DNA of 64,000 nucleotides, from the NCBI RefSeq assembly GCF_039654945.1, contig NW_027361797.1:43462001-43526000 (forward strand). Reading direction: 5' to 3'. The position numbers and the translations under genes are program-made. Shown here piece by piece: positions 26,778-38,100 of this stretch. Every line of letters starts with the position of its first letter. The stretch's first letter is position 1. The notes below the pieces were generated by a model that was not told where the DNA came from, did no database searches, and worked only from the letters and a program-made list of their open reading frames with translations. The DNA comes from Dendrobates tinctorius. Its lineage: Eukaryota.

Positions 26778-28436
26778 ATTTTATGCTGCATATATATTGG
26801 CCTCATGTCATTTACAGAATGTCTATGTTATATTTTGTAGCGCTGTAGAGGAATTGTGACTATATGCAATTATGTGCCTATGTGTTATGGCTATTGGTAT
26901 AAAGGGGACTATTGTTCATTGCTTTATATAAAACATTTATGGATATGTTCCCCACTCTATTTCCTTATTTGCAGTGGCTAATAATTGTGATGATGGAAAT
27001 GTGATTATTTGAACACAGTGCAAGTACATTATATTGAATACTGTGGTTCCTCTAGACAACTACACTAAGAATATTCACTAATTACTAGAGGCCTCATACT
27101 CATTTGTAGGCAGATAAATATCTGCGAGTATTTTTATCTGTGTCTTCGTGTCTTTTGTGTTTTTTTTATTTGATTTTTTTTCACAAGGGTGTTGTTTGTC
27201 AAATAGAAACATAATGGCCACCTTAAGAGAGTTAGGATGGTGTTTAAACCTAGAAAAATCAAGGTTACTACCACAGACAACTCATATCCTTTTGGGCCTC
27301 ATGCTTGACTCCCGCAAGCAGGAATGTTGTCTCCCATAGGACAAAAAAAGAAAAACTGTTTGCTCTCATTCTCAAGACAATGCAAAATCCAGTCCTGACT
27401 CTCAGAAGCGCAATGTCGCTCCTAGGATCCCTAACCTCATGTATTCTGGCGGTAAAATGGGCGCAGATCCATTCAAAGGATTTGCAGGAGTTCGTCCTGG
27501 AGAGCCAGTGTCACTTGCAGGGGCAACTAGCCTATACACTAGTTCTACCGCAACAAGTCGTGCATTCCCTCTGTTGGTGGTTAAGGATAAAAACCATTCA
27601 AGGAGTACCTTGGTTCCGTCACATCTCCAGGGTAGTCTCCACGGATGCCAGTCCCAGGGGACGGGGGGCTCATCTGGGGAGTCACCTGGTTCAGGGTACA
27701 TGGTCACAGTTAGAAGAGGGAACCTCTTCGAATATGTTGAAGCTGCTGGCAGTACAGAATGCTCTAGAGGCTCTCGTACCATTCCTGCAGGGCCATCATG
27801 TATAGGTACTGTCGGACAATCAGGTCACAGTAGCATATATGAACCATCAGGGAGGTACACGATCCCACACCTTGCTGCAGATAGCCAGACAGATCTTCCA
27901 GTTGGCAAAGGCAAACATTCTATCACCATCAGCCCTCCATATCAGAGGAAAGGACAACGTGATTTTTTAAACCGCACGCCGCTTCTGCAGGGAGAATGGT
28001 CCCTCAAGCCGGCAATCTTCAAGCAGTTGGTACAGATGTGGGGGGAACCAGACATCGACCTGTTTGCCACCCGACAAAACACCAAACTCAAAAAATTCTG
28101 CTCCCTGAACCCGAGAGAGAACACCTACGTAGTGGACGCCTTTCAGATCAAATGTAACTTTCCTCTAGCATATGCCTTTCCCCCAATGTGCCTGATACCA
28201 GCGGTCCTCAGGAAGGTCAGACAGGACGGGACAAGAGTAATCCTCATACCCCCTTCTGGCCAAAGAGGGCTTGTTTTTTTGGCTCAGGAGTATGTCAGTC
28301 ACGGATCCCTGGGTTCTTCCGGAGATCCCGGACCTACTAGCTCAAGTGTCGGTACTTCATCCTCAGGTGTCTGGGCTGCACTTGACAGCCTGGAACTTGA
28401 GAGGTCGGTGCTAGAGGGTAGGGGATTCTCGGATAA

Positions 28437-28840
28437 GGCCCTTTTACATTTAGCGATGCACCAGCGATCCGACCAGCGATCCCACCCGGTCAGGATCGCT
28501 GGTGCATCGCTAAATGATCGCTAGTGAGCTTTCATACAGAAAGATCTCACAGCGATTCAGCAGCGACGCAGCGCACGATACTTACCATTCACACACAGCG
28601 ATCCAGACGTCCTTCCGCCCGCCTCCACGCGTCGCTGGACGTCACAGCAGGAAGCCCAGCAGGAAGCGCCCGACGAGAAATGGAGCCGGACATTCTCGCG
28701 CGATCAGCGATGGACAGCGGGGGAGCCGGTCGCTGGTAAGTATCACACATAGCGATATCGCTAGCAATATCGCTATAACGTCACAAAACCAGTGATGTTA
28801 TAGCGATATTGCTAGCGATATCGCTTAGTGTAAAACCCCC
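28437..28840. mobile_element. Harbinger-like MITE in the DIRS YR (same family as 5674-6057)
   Basis: Colinear similarity to 5674-6057; TAA at the left flank. Confidence 0.75.
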
Positions 28841-30452
28841 TATAGTCTAATCTCCACCTTACTAGCCTGTAGAAAACCAGTCACGACAAGGATTTACAGG
28901 AGGACATGCAAGAGATTTTTATCCTCTACAGGATGTTCTCCAGAAGGGAAGGTGCCCCTGAAGGAAATTCTTGAATTCCTACAGAGTGGATGAGATAAAG
29001 GCCTAGCATTAAGTACATTGAAAGTTCAAGTGTCAGCACTGGGGTCACTACAACTACAACTTAGCGGGTAACCGTTGGGTAATAAGATTCAAGGCCTGCA
29101 CTAGAGCCAGGCCAACCCCGATAACCAGAGTCCCTCCATGGGACGTAAATCTGCTACTGAATGCTCTAACCAAACCACCATTCGAACCACTAGAGGAGGC
29201 GTCCTTAAAGTTGGTTAAAATCCATACTCCTGGTGGCCCTTACGTCTGCACATAGGATTGGAGACATACTGTACAAGCCCTCTCAGCAGATCCTCCCTTC
29301 ACAGTCATAATGGATGATAGAATAGTCTTAAGACCTGTCCCAGGTCCCAGGACATATCCCTACCCTCCTTCTGCCCTGACCCTAGAAATGATAAGGAAAA
29401 ACTGTTTCATATGCTAGCTGTCAGGCGGTGCCTTCTTCATTATTTACAGGCAACACAATCTGATAGGAAGGATAGGGCTTTGTTTATCTCCTTCCAGGGT
29501 TCTAGGAAGAGGATGGCAGCCTCGAAAAGTACCCTATCCAGATGGATAAGGGAGATGATCAAGTTGGCCTATGTGGGTGCAGGAAGACCGGTCCCAGGTG
29601 ATTTGACAGCCCACTCTACAAGGGCGATGGCAGCCTCCTGGGCAGACGTGTCTATCGAACAGATCTGTAAGGCTTCTACATGGTCATCACCTTCCACCTT
29701 CTAGAGTCACTATAGACTAGATCTGTCGGCCTCTTTGACATTTGGGCAAAGGGTCCTACAGGCTGTGGTCCCTCCCTGAATAGAGTAATTTTGTGTAATT
29801 CTGGGAGGCGTGGCTATGCCGTGAGCGGGAGAGGACGCTGGTAAAGAGAGCTCCTCATTATCCTGGCAGATCCTGGACCTTGGACCCCTTCATAGGGGCT
29901 TACTTACAGCTGGCTGGACCCCTTGGACACCGGGACCCCCGGGGTACCCCGCGGCAGATCGGGAGGCAGCTTCTGAGAGCGGGCGGCGGGGGAGACAGGA
30001 GCGGGCGGCTGGTTCCCCAAGAGGCGGCGGCCATCTTGGGCGCGCGGCTCAGCTACAGAGAGCTGTGGCGTCGGCTCACATTGCTGCACCGCCGCCGGGC
30101 AGTGAAGAAACTGACGGACAATCTGAGGAACTGCGCGGTGAGTGCCCTGAAAAAGTGGGCCCTGCGCGATATCCCTCTCCTATTAATCGCTCACTGCGCC
30201 GGCTGGCGCCATCACTAAGGGAGGCTCTGTACACCCTCCCCCATTGTAGCTGCTTTTGTGGGGCCCCCTCTCCCTCCCCTGGCCATAAAGATCTGTACTG
30301 TATCTGGTTGCCATCCTCATAATCCCTGAGGCGTCCTCCTGTAGCCTGATATACAATTAACTGTTACCAGCCCTGCTGCAATCTTCATCTCTGGTGGGTG
30401 ATACCTAGACCAGACATTTTAGCTGTTCCTTCAGACCGCACTGCAGATAATC

Positions 30453-31140
30453 ATGAGCCGACTAAAAGGGTCAGGAGCGGCAGCGGAGAAATTGAAGGAG
30501 TTTTCTAGACTTGACCCTGCTGAAAGTGCACGACATAATAGGAGCACTTCCTCTCAAGTTCAGCGCAAAAATCGCCATTCTGGGGGTGAGGAGGAGATGG
30601 AACAGGAGGAACTGACCCTCAAACAAGCACCTGAGCAGTTGATGCAAGCTATCTCTTTGACCAGGACATCCCTGACGGAGAAAATTGAGGATGTTTATAC
30701 GGAGGTGGGGAGACTTCGTCAGGATATGCAGGCCATGAAGGGATGCATTACGGAGGTGGAGACAAGGGTGTCCAAGGTAGAGGATACCATTACACCCTTG
30801 GAGGCTAAATTAACAAAGGTGATGGGCTCCATGAATGCTTGGAAGCAAAAGGCGGATGATTTAGAATACAGAATGCGCCGGAATAATATCCGTATTGTTG
30901 GTCTGCCAAAGTGCTCGGAAGGTCAGCATCCTGAGCAGTTTTTGGAGGATTGGCTTAAGACCTCCCTGGGGGATGAATTCTCCTCAATGTTCGCTGTTGA
31001 AAGAGCTCACAGGGTCCCTACAAGACCCCTGCTTCCGGGGACCCCGCCTCGACCTTCCCTGGCAAGCTTGCTCAATTGTAAGGACAGAGATACCGTTCTG
31101 CGTCTTGCACGACTGAAAAGTCCTATTAAGTTCGACAATG
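30453..31140 (+). pseudogene. L1 ORF1, truncated duplicate
   Basis: Near-identical to 44338-45022; broken by the LTR at 31141. Confidence 0.9.
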
Positions 31141-34100
31141 TGTAGGGAAGGTGACCTGACGGACGGACGGACGTGTCAGAATGGAGAAAGATAGGTATGC
31201 ACAGTGTAGGTAGGTGTCAGTTATTATAGAGGGGAAACAGCTAGGAAAGTGTAGTGGACGTGCAGTACCTTGGGTGGACATTAGATGGCAGGGAGGAGTG
31301 TGAGCAAAGGACTTTACAGCAGCTTAGGGCTTTAGAAACCGTTGGTCATGGGGGGCGTGGTGACAGTTAGAGTGACAGTTTCAAGGAACCGGGAGAGTTA
31401 TAAATACTGAGGGAGGGTTCCAGAAGGTTTCAGTCCCCAGGGGGAGCTCAAGTGACAGGAGGACTACGACAGTCTGTGCACTCTGAGGAGAATCCAGACC
31501 AGGGGGACTGAGGAGAGAGGACGTCAGGGGGGTGGTCCTGACAGGAAAGGACCGCAGTTGAGACGAGGTACTGGGTGTAAGACACCGTATGTGACACGAC
31601 GACTGAGCAGTAGAAGCGCTGTTGGTTAATGGGCCTAAGGCGGCCACAGTGACGGAACTGTCAGGAGCGTCGACAGTAAAGGAGGGGACGGTGTGTGCAG
31701 ACACGTCTCCAGTGTACGGTGTGAGAAGCGGCTCTGGAAACGGAGGGCCGCGAGGTGTGCCGTCAGTCGGACGGCAAGTGAAGAAATAAACTTGGACCTG
31801 TTGCACCCAGAATCTGCCTCCATCGTGTCTCTGTTGTCATCTCTGCGCGGTATAAAAGTAGGACCACCCCCCCAGCTCGGCACCCCACCACCGACACTAC
31901 ATTTGGCGTAGTCGGCAGGATCGACGCCGCTAATACCTCATCTTCTGCGGCAGACCTGCCTCAAAGACTGGAAAAGGACTTGGACTACTCTGTTTGGATT
32001 ACAATTACCTGTGGATTACAAATGACCTACCTGTGGAATACAAATGGGAAGCGCTGTGGCGGATCTGTGTGGCCAGCAGAGAATCCGGGGCGGTACCAGG
32101 TACTGTGCAGTATGGCGGTGTTGCTTCAGCGCAGAGGAGAGGTCCGGGTGTTTGCAGTCGTGTTGAATGGACTGGGACCCCCTCCAACGTACCCCAAAAG
32201 GAAGCAGTATGTGCCTGGAGATCGACGCTTCCATATATTGGACCCTGACAGGAGGGTGGAGAGGCCTGCCGACACCTCACCTCACAGAGGGAGTGGCACA
32301 GAAGAAAAACTTGGCTGCGGCTGTCTGATGCCATTCGAGTGCTGCCCAACGGACGGTATGAAACTCTGCAGGTGTCGGGGCATCGGCCACCTAGAGTGGC
32401 AGTGGCGGCAGGGGATGGAGCTGTGCCAGAAGTCGCCCTCAGAGCCACGGGAGAGCAGAGGGATGCTGAGCTGGGGTGCGGAGCCTGAGCAGAGTCAGCG
32501 AGAACGGCCGCCACCAATACCAGCAGAGGACTTCTCAGCGGAGCCCCCGAGTTTGGGGGAAAGACCCGCGGGACAGTGGAGCAAGGGACGGAGGCTGCGG
32601 GTGAAGCCGCGTATTTATGTGATGGAGGCCGCAGCGCCGGGGAAGGTGAGAGTACCCTCAGCACCACCAGTGCCCCCGCCAGCGGCCCTCATCATTCCGC
32701 CGCAGCACGCTGCCCCCTGCGCCCCGGAAGACCTTGGTACATCGGGCCCGGTGGTGTATGCAGAGTTGAGCGAGGCCCCTGCTCAAGTCCCTGAGGTACC
32801 CCGCCTGGAGCCGCCAGTGTGGAAGTCATCCAAAGAAGATGCTGCTGCGTTCCCCCTGCTGATAGCAGCTGCGTCGTTGGGACCGGCCGTTACTCCGGCT
32901 CCATTGGAAGTTGTGGATGCAGCCTACCCTGCGGCCGCGGTAATGCCAGTATTGGAACCGGCTAGGGTCTGTTTAACGGGCCCTGTGGACCAGCCCTCCG
33001 GAATCACGGCTGCTCCCATCCGCTACCCGGCCCCAGCGGCTGCTGGGCCACAGATATCATCGACCGCCTCTGCCCCGCGCCCCTTCTCGGCAAGGTCCCG
33101 CCCACCGGACTCTGGGACTGGCGCGGTACCCTCCGTTTGGGTTGCGGAGGTGGTAAAACAAAAGAAGGTTCGAGAGCAGGAGGTATGGAGCCTGCTTCAT
33201 TCAAAAGGGGAGGCTGGCATGGCGGTGGAAAGATCCCGGGGGCGGCTGGTGTACACCAATGTGGCCCGGGGGTATGGCTTCATACGTGATCAGACTGGTC
33301 AGAAGGTATACGTGAACGTAGCCTCCATACGCCACGGCCGTGCCCTGGAAATAGGGGACTTTGTCTCTTATTATAAAGAATACTGCCCCCGCGGGTATTA
33401 TGCGGTGGCGGTACTGGCGGTACCTGAGGAACGCGAACCCCCGTAAAGAGGACTGTATTGGACACTCCCTTCACCCCAGGAGTTCCACGGCTGTGGGCCC
33501 CTTGCTACCGGCCATCAGGAGATGGCCTGGACTGTCAGAGTCTGAAAGAACAGTTCTAGTTTAAAAAAAAAAAAAAAATGTTTTATGTGATTAAGCTGTT
33601 TTTTTTTTTAGAATGTTCCTCTTACAGGATGTTATTTTACTGATTTGGAAACTTGACAGAACGGGGATACGAAGACAAGAGGGAGTGTTCATGTCCAAGG
33701 AAGGGGGAGGGAAAAGGAGTACTGGCGATGTTTATTGTTGAACGTTGAGTTTTAAAGCAAGAAAAAAAAAAAAAAAAATTATAAAAATGGGTACTTGTGC
33801 TATTATAAAGTTGTTTAATGTATAATATGCCAAAGTAAATGCAACAGGTCCGGGTAAGGGAAGGTCTGCGGGACCAAAGGAAAGTGTGAGATCCGGTAGG
33901 GATCTAAGAGTTGAGGAGGTCTGGGAGACCGGGACGCCGACCATGACATGTAATTGAAAGAAGGAAAATGAGTTGGAAGACGTGAGAAAGACAGCCGTTC
34001 TAGGTCAGGTCCCCAACACCACGGACACCCCTGAAGAAGGAAAGGCGGGCGCCGGCAATGATCTGGTAGGTGAGTGGCCTCGATCATGGCGTACCGGATA

Positions 34101-35134
34101 GTGAAAGGTAACAGTAGGGGAGAGTAGGGGAAAGATACACGCCGTAGAGAGAATACGGGTGTACCTTGCCCAATTTGAAAGACGTTGTCATGTGGCGTGC
34201 GCGCTGGTGAGTAGCAGTAGGCTGCTCAGAGCATAGTGCTCCCAGTATGGTTCGGCCCCCGCAGATAGTGGGTTTGGCTCAACTTCTGGTCCGACAACAG
34301 AATGTAGGTGTAGATTCAGAACGACGAAGGCAGGGATGACGATTGTCGAGGACGACAATGGACAAAGGAAGGGGGAGTGTAGGGAAGGTGACCTGACGGA
34401 CGGACGTGTCAGAATGGAGAAAGATAGGTATGCACAGTGTAGGTAGGTGTCAGTTATTATAGAGGGGAAACAGCTAGGAAAGTGTAGTGGACGTGCAGTA
34501 CCTTGGGTGGACATTAGATGGCAGGGAGGAGTGTGAGCAAAGGACTTTACAGCAGCTTAGGGCTTTAGAAACCGTTGGTCATGGAGGGCGTGGTGACAGT
34601 TAGAGTGACAGTTTCAAGGAACCGGGAGAGTTATAAATACTGAGGGAGGGTTCCAGAAGGTTCCAGTCCCCAGGGGGAGCTCAAGTGACAGGAGGACTAC
34701 GACAGTCTGTGCACTCTGAGGAGAATCCAGACCAGGGGGACTGAGGAGAGAGGACGTCAGGGGGGTGGTCCTGACAGGAAAGGACCGCAGTTGAGACGAG
34801 GTACTGGGTGTAAGACACCATATGTGACACGACGACTGAGGAGTAGAAGCGCTGTTGGTTAATGGGCCTAAGGCAGCCACAGTGACGGAACTGTCAGGAG
34901 CGTCGACAGTAAAGGAGGGGACGGTGTGTGCAGACACGTCTCCAGTGTACGGTGTGAGAAGCGGCTCTGGAAACGGAGGGCCGCGAGGTGTGCCGTCAGT
35001 CGGACGGCAAGTGAAGAAATAAACTTGGACCTGTTGCACCCAGAATCTGCCTCCATCGTGTCTCTGTTGTCATCTCTGCGCGGTATAAAAGTAGGACCAC
35101 CCCCCCAGCTCGGCACCCCACCACCGACACTACA
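31141..35134 (+). mobile_element. Non-autonomous LTR element (LTRs 31141-31901 and 34378-35134) carrying a cold-shock-domain ORF
   Basis: TGTAG..CTACA LTRs differing by a few substitutions and one GGAC unit; PBS TGGCGTAGTCGGCAGGAT (tRNA-Ser) at 31904-31921; PPT GGACAAAGGAAGGGGGAG; no recognisable gag or pol. Confidence 0.9.
32112..33446 (+). CDS. ~444-aa protein: degenerate Zn-knuckle, Pro/Ala-rich linker, C-terminal cold-shock (OB-fold) domain
   Basis: Open frame 31980-33446; best-context ATG at 32112 (alternative 32022); C-terminus RGRLVYTNVARGYGFIRDQTGQKVYVNVASIRHGRALEIGDFVSYYKEYCPRGYYAVAV follows CSD spacing. Confidence 0.7.
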   Translation: MAVLLQRRGEVRVFAVVLNGLGPPPTYPKRKQYVPGDRRFHILDPDRRVERPADTSPHRGSGTEEKLGCGCLMPFECCPTDGMKLCRCRGIGHLEWQWRQGMELCQKSPSEPRESRGMLSWGAEPEQSQRERPPPIPAEDFSAEPPSLGERPAGQWSKGRRLRVKPRIYVMEAAAPGKVRVPSAPPVPPPAALIIPPQHAAPCAPEDLGTSGPVVYAELSEAPAQVPEVPRLEPPVWKSSKEDAAAFPLLIAAASLGPAVTPAPLEVVDAAYPAAAVMPVLEPARVCLTGPVDQPSGITAAPIRYPAPAAAGPQISSTASAPRPFSARSRPPDSGTGAVPSVWVAEVVKQKKVREQEVWSLLHSKGEAGMAVERSRGRLVYTNVARGYGFIRDQTGQKVYVNVASIRHGRALEIGDFVSYYKEYCPRGYYAVAVLAVPEEREPP

Positions 35135-35138
35135 TTAT

Positions 35139-38100
35139 GATGCACCCGATGACCCCTGACCTGGAAGCTGAAGTGGCACTCATGGCCCTAGACGGGGAGG
35201 TGCGGAGGTCAGTGATGTTGAAACCTCCGGGGCACCGCAACACTTTTGAAAAGGTGTTGCAGATAGTGGATCCCACTAATGTGGGAGAGTTAAGGACCCG
35301 TCTGTTTAGCCGGATGCAGGCAGAGGGGGGGACGCCGCTCGGAGCCGAAAACCACAACTAGGGGTGGTGGAAGTCCCGAAGATTTGGTAGCAAAGTGTCC
35401 TGTAGTTTGGGCAGAAGTAGAGGGCCGGGCCGTCCGGTGTCTGGTGGACACGGGGTCACAAGTAACCACTATGCCCGCAGCGTACTTTCAGCGAAACTTT
35501 CCGGAGTCAGCAAGGCCTCAGTGGGGGCCCATGATTAGACTAGTAGCCGCCAACCAACTGCCGGTCCCGGTTGCCGGGGTAGTGTGGGTGCAGGTGACGT
35601 TGTGCGGTAAACCCCTTGGCTGCAGAGGGGTGGTGCTGACTCAAGGAGAAGCTGATCAACGACACCCCATCACCCTAGACATGAATATTTTAAAAGAGTT
35701 TGGTAACGCTGCTTAATGATCCCACACAAATGACACTGAAGCAGTGGGGTTCTCGCACGGCTCAGGGACAGGTATTCCAGCAGCTGGTGTGAGGTGCGCG
35801 GGTGTATCGGGACTGCCGGGAGGGTGAGGCTCTGGGCAAGGTCATCGCGACAGCGGCACCCCTGCTTGTGCTGCCTCCTGGACAGACAGTGGTGGCCCTG
35901 CCAATTCGGGCCCCGATACCTTTGGAAGGCGTAGAGGTGCAGGTGGAGCCATGTCCCTCAGAGCACTTATCTCCTGGCATACTGGTGGCTCGTTCCCTCG
36001 CTACGGTGCGAAAAGGAACCGTCCTGGTCCGCTGCGTTAACCTTGAAGACCGAGATACCATTCTGAAAGCACGGACTGTACTGGCCAAACTAGTAAAGCC
36101 TTTAGAAGAAGTGCTGCCCGCTCCTGCGGTTCAATTACGAGTACACCCCGAGAATCATTGGGAGGTAACAATACGAACCCTACAGGCCCACGAAGTCTCG
36201 ACACAAGAGAAGGGCCGGAATATTTTGGAGCAGATGCGGGCCGAGCTTTCTGGACTAACTGCAGCCCAACTTTCACAAGTAAAAGCATTGCTGGGACAGT
36301 ACCATGAAGTATTTGCTAGTCATGAGGACGACTTTGGGTGTACCACCGCCATCACTCATGAGATCCCCACAGCAGGAGCGGCCCCTATCCGAGAACGATA
36401 TCGACAGATTCCGCCACAACTCTATCAAGAGGTGAAAACTTTGCTGGCTCAGATGCTACAAAAAGGGGTGATACGAGAAAGTCAAAGCCCTTGGGCGGCC
36501 CCCCATCGTGTTGGTCCGGAAGAAAGATGGTACACTACGATTCTGTGTGGATTATCGTAAATTGAATGCTTGCACTATCAAAGACTCATACCCACTGCCC
36601 CGCATGGAAGAATCTCTGTCTGCATTGGGCAAAGCAACATATTTTTCGACCCTGGACTTGGCCAGTGGGTACTGGCAGGTGCCCATGTCAGAAGAGGACA
36701 GAGCTAAGACGGCGTTCATAATGCCCATGGGACTGTTTGAGTTTAATCGAATGCCATTAGGGCTGGCCAACGCCCCCGGGACATTTCAGCGATTGATGGA
36801 GCGATGTCTAGGGGATCTCAATTTTGAGGCCACGTTGATCTACCTGGACGACATCATTGTCTATGCCGCCTCCTTCGAGGACCACCTGAAGCGGTTGGGA
36901 CAGGTACTCAGCCAGCTGCAAAAGTACGGGTTGAAGGTGAAGCCTCAGAAGTGCCACCTATTTCGCTCTCAGATTGAGTATCTGGGTCATGTCGTTTCAG
37001 CAGAGGGTGTGAGGCCATCCCGGGAGAAGATTGCTGCTATCCAGGAATGGCCTACCCCCGAGACGGTGAAAGACGTGCGGGCTTTTCTGGGGTTAGCTGG
37101 ATATTACCGTCGTTTCGTAAAGAATTTTGCATGTCGAGCTCGAGCCCTGCATGACCTGCTGAAGGGGGCTCCCGCTGGGGCCAATGGGCGAAAAATCCAG
37201 TGGCAACACCCTCAGGAAGAGGCCTTCCGAGATCTCAAGGCTGTACTCTCGGATGCCCCAGTGTTGGCTTATGCGGATTTTTCTCAGCCGTTCATCCTGC
37301 ACACTGACGGGAGTCTTCACGGGCTAGGAGCTGTGTTGTCACAGGTTCAGGATGGCCGGGAGAGGGTGATTGCTTATGGAAGCCGTTCACTCCATGACTC
37401 CGAGCGTAACCCTGACAATTACAGCTCTTTCAAGCTCGAGCTCCTCGCAGTGGTGTGGGCTATGATGGAGAGATTCGCAGAGTACCTAGCGGGCTCCGAG
37501 GTGGTAGTGCGAACTGACAATAACCCACTGGCTCATTTGGAAAACGCCAAGTTGGGGGCTTTGGAGCAGCGATGGGTGGCCCGAATGGCGAAGTACAATT
37601 ACAAGATTATTTACAAAAGAGGGGCCGAGAATGTTCATGCAGATGCTCTCTCTAGGATTCGACATACAACTCCAGGACAGAATCGAGACGAAGAATTAGG
37701 AGAGGAAATACCGTTCGCTCTTACCGCTGCCGTGCTCACCAATGTTGATGCAAAAGTATCCTCCCCAGAGGCCCACAGGGGCATCCTGGAACAATCTCGT
37801 GATAAGTGGATACAACAGCAACAAGAAGATGAAGAAGTTGGACTTCTCCGGACATGGGTCGCCGCTGGTCAATTACCCACTGATACTCAACGACAAGCTT
37901 TGACCCAAGACCTGTCGCTGATGCTGCGACAATGGGAGAGACTGATTATCCGAAAGGGACTACTGTACCGTAAAATCACTTCGCAAACAACCTCAACGAC
38001 TGTTTGGCAGGTGGTTACACCCGGAGCACAACTACACGAACTGGCTCGAGAGGCTCACGAAAAAGGGGCCCACTTTGGAGTCAAAAAGACTTTGCAATGG

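Larger units (their letters stand above)
24333..27200 (-). mobile_element. Penelope-like pLTR with inverted partial copy (large palindrome)
   Basis: Arms 24421-25057 versus 25286-25515 + 26778-27201; imperfect TSD GTCAA(G/A)TAGAA(G)ACATAATG; hammerhead motif in the spacer. Confidence 0.7.

Noticed and set aside
31381-31806. Duplicated 141-aa minus-strand ORF (also 34614-35039)
   Set aside because: Lies in the two near-identical LTRs, so the duplication is trivial; no domain seen.
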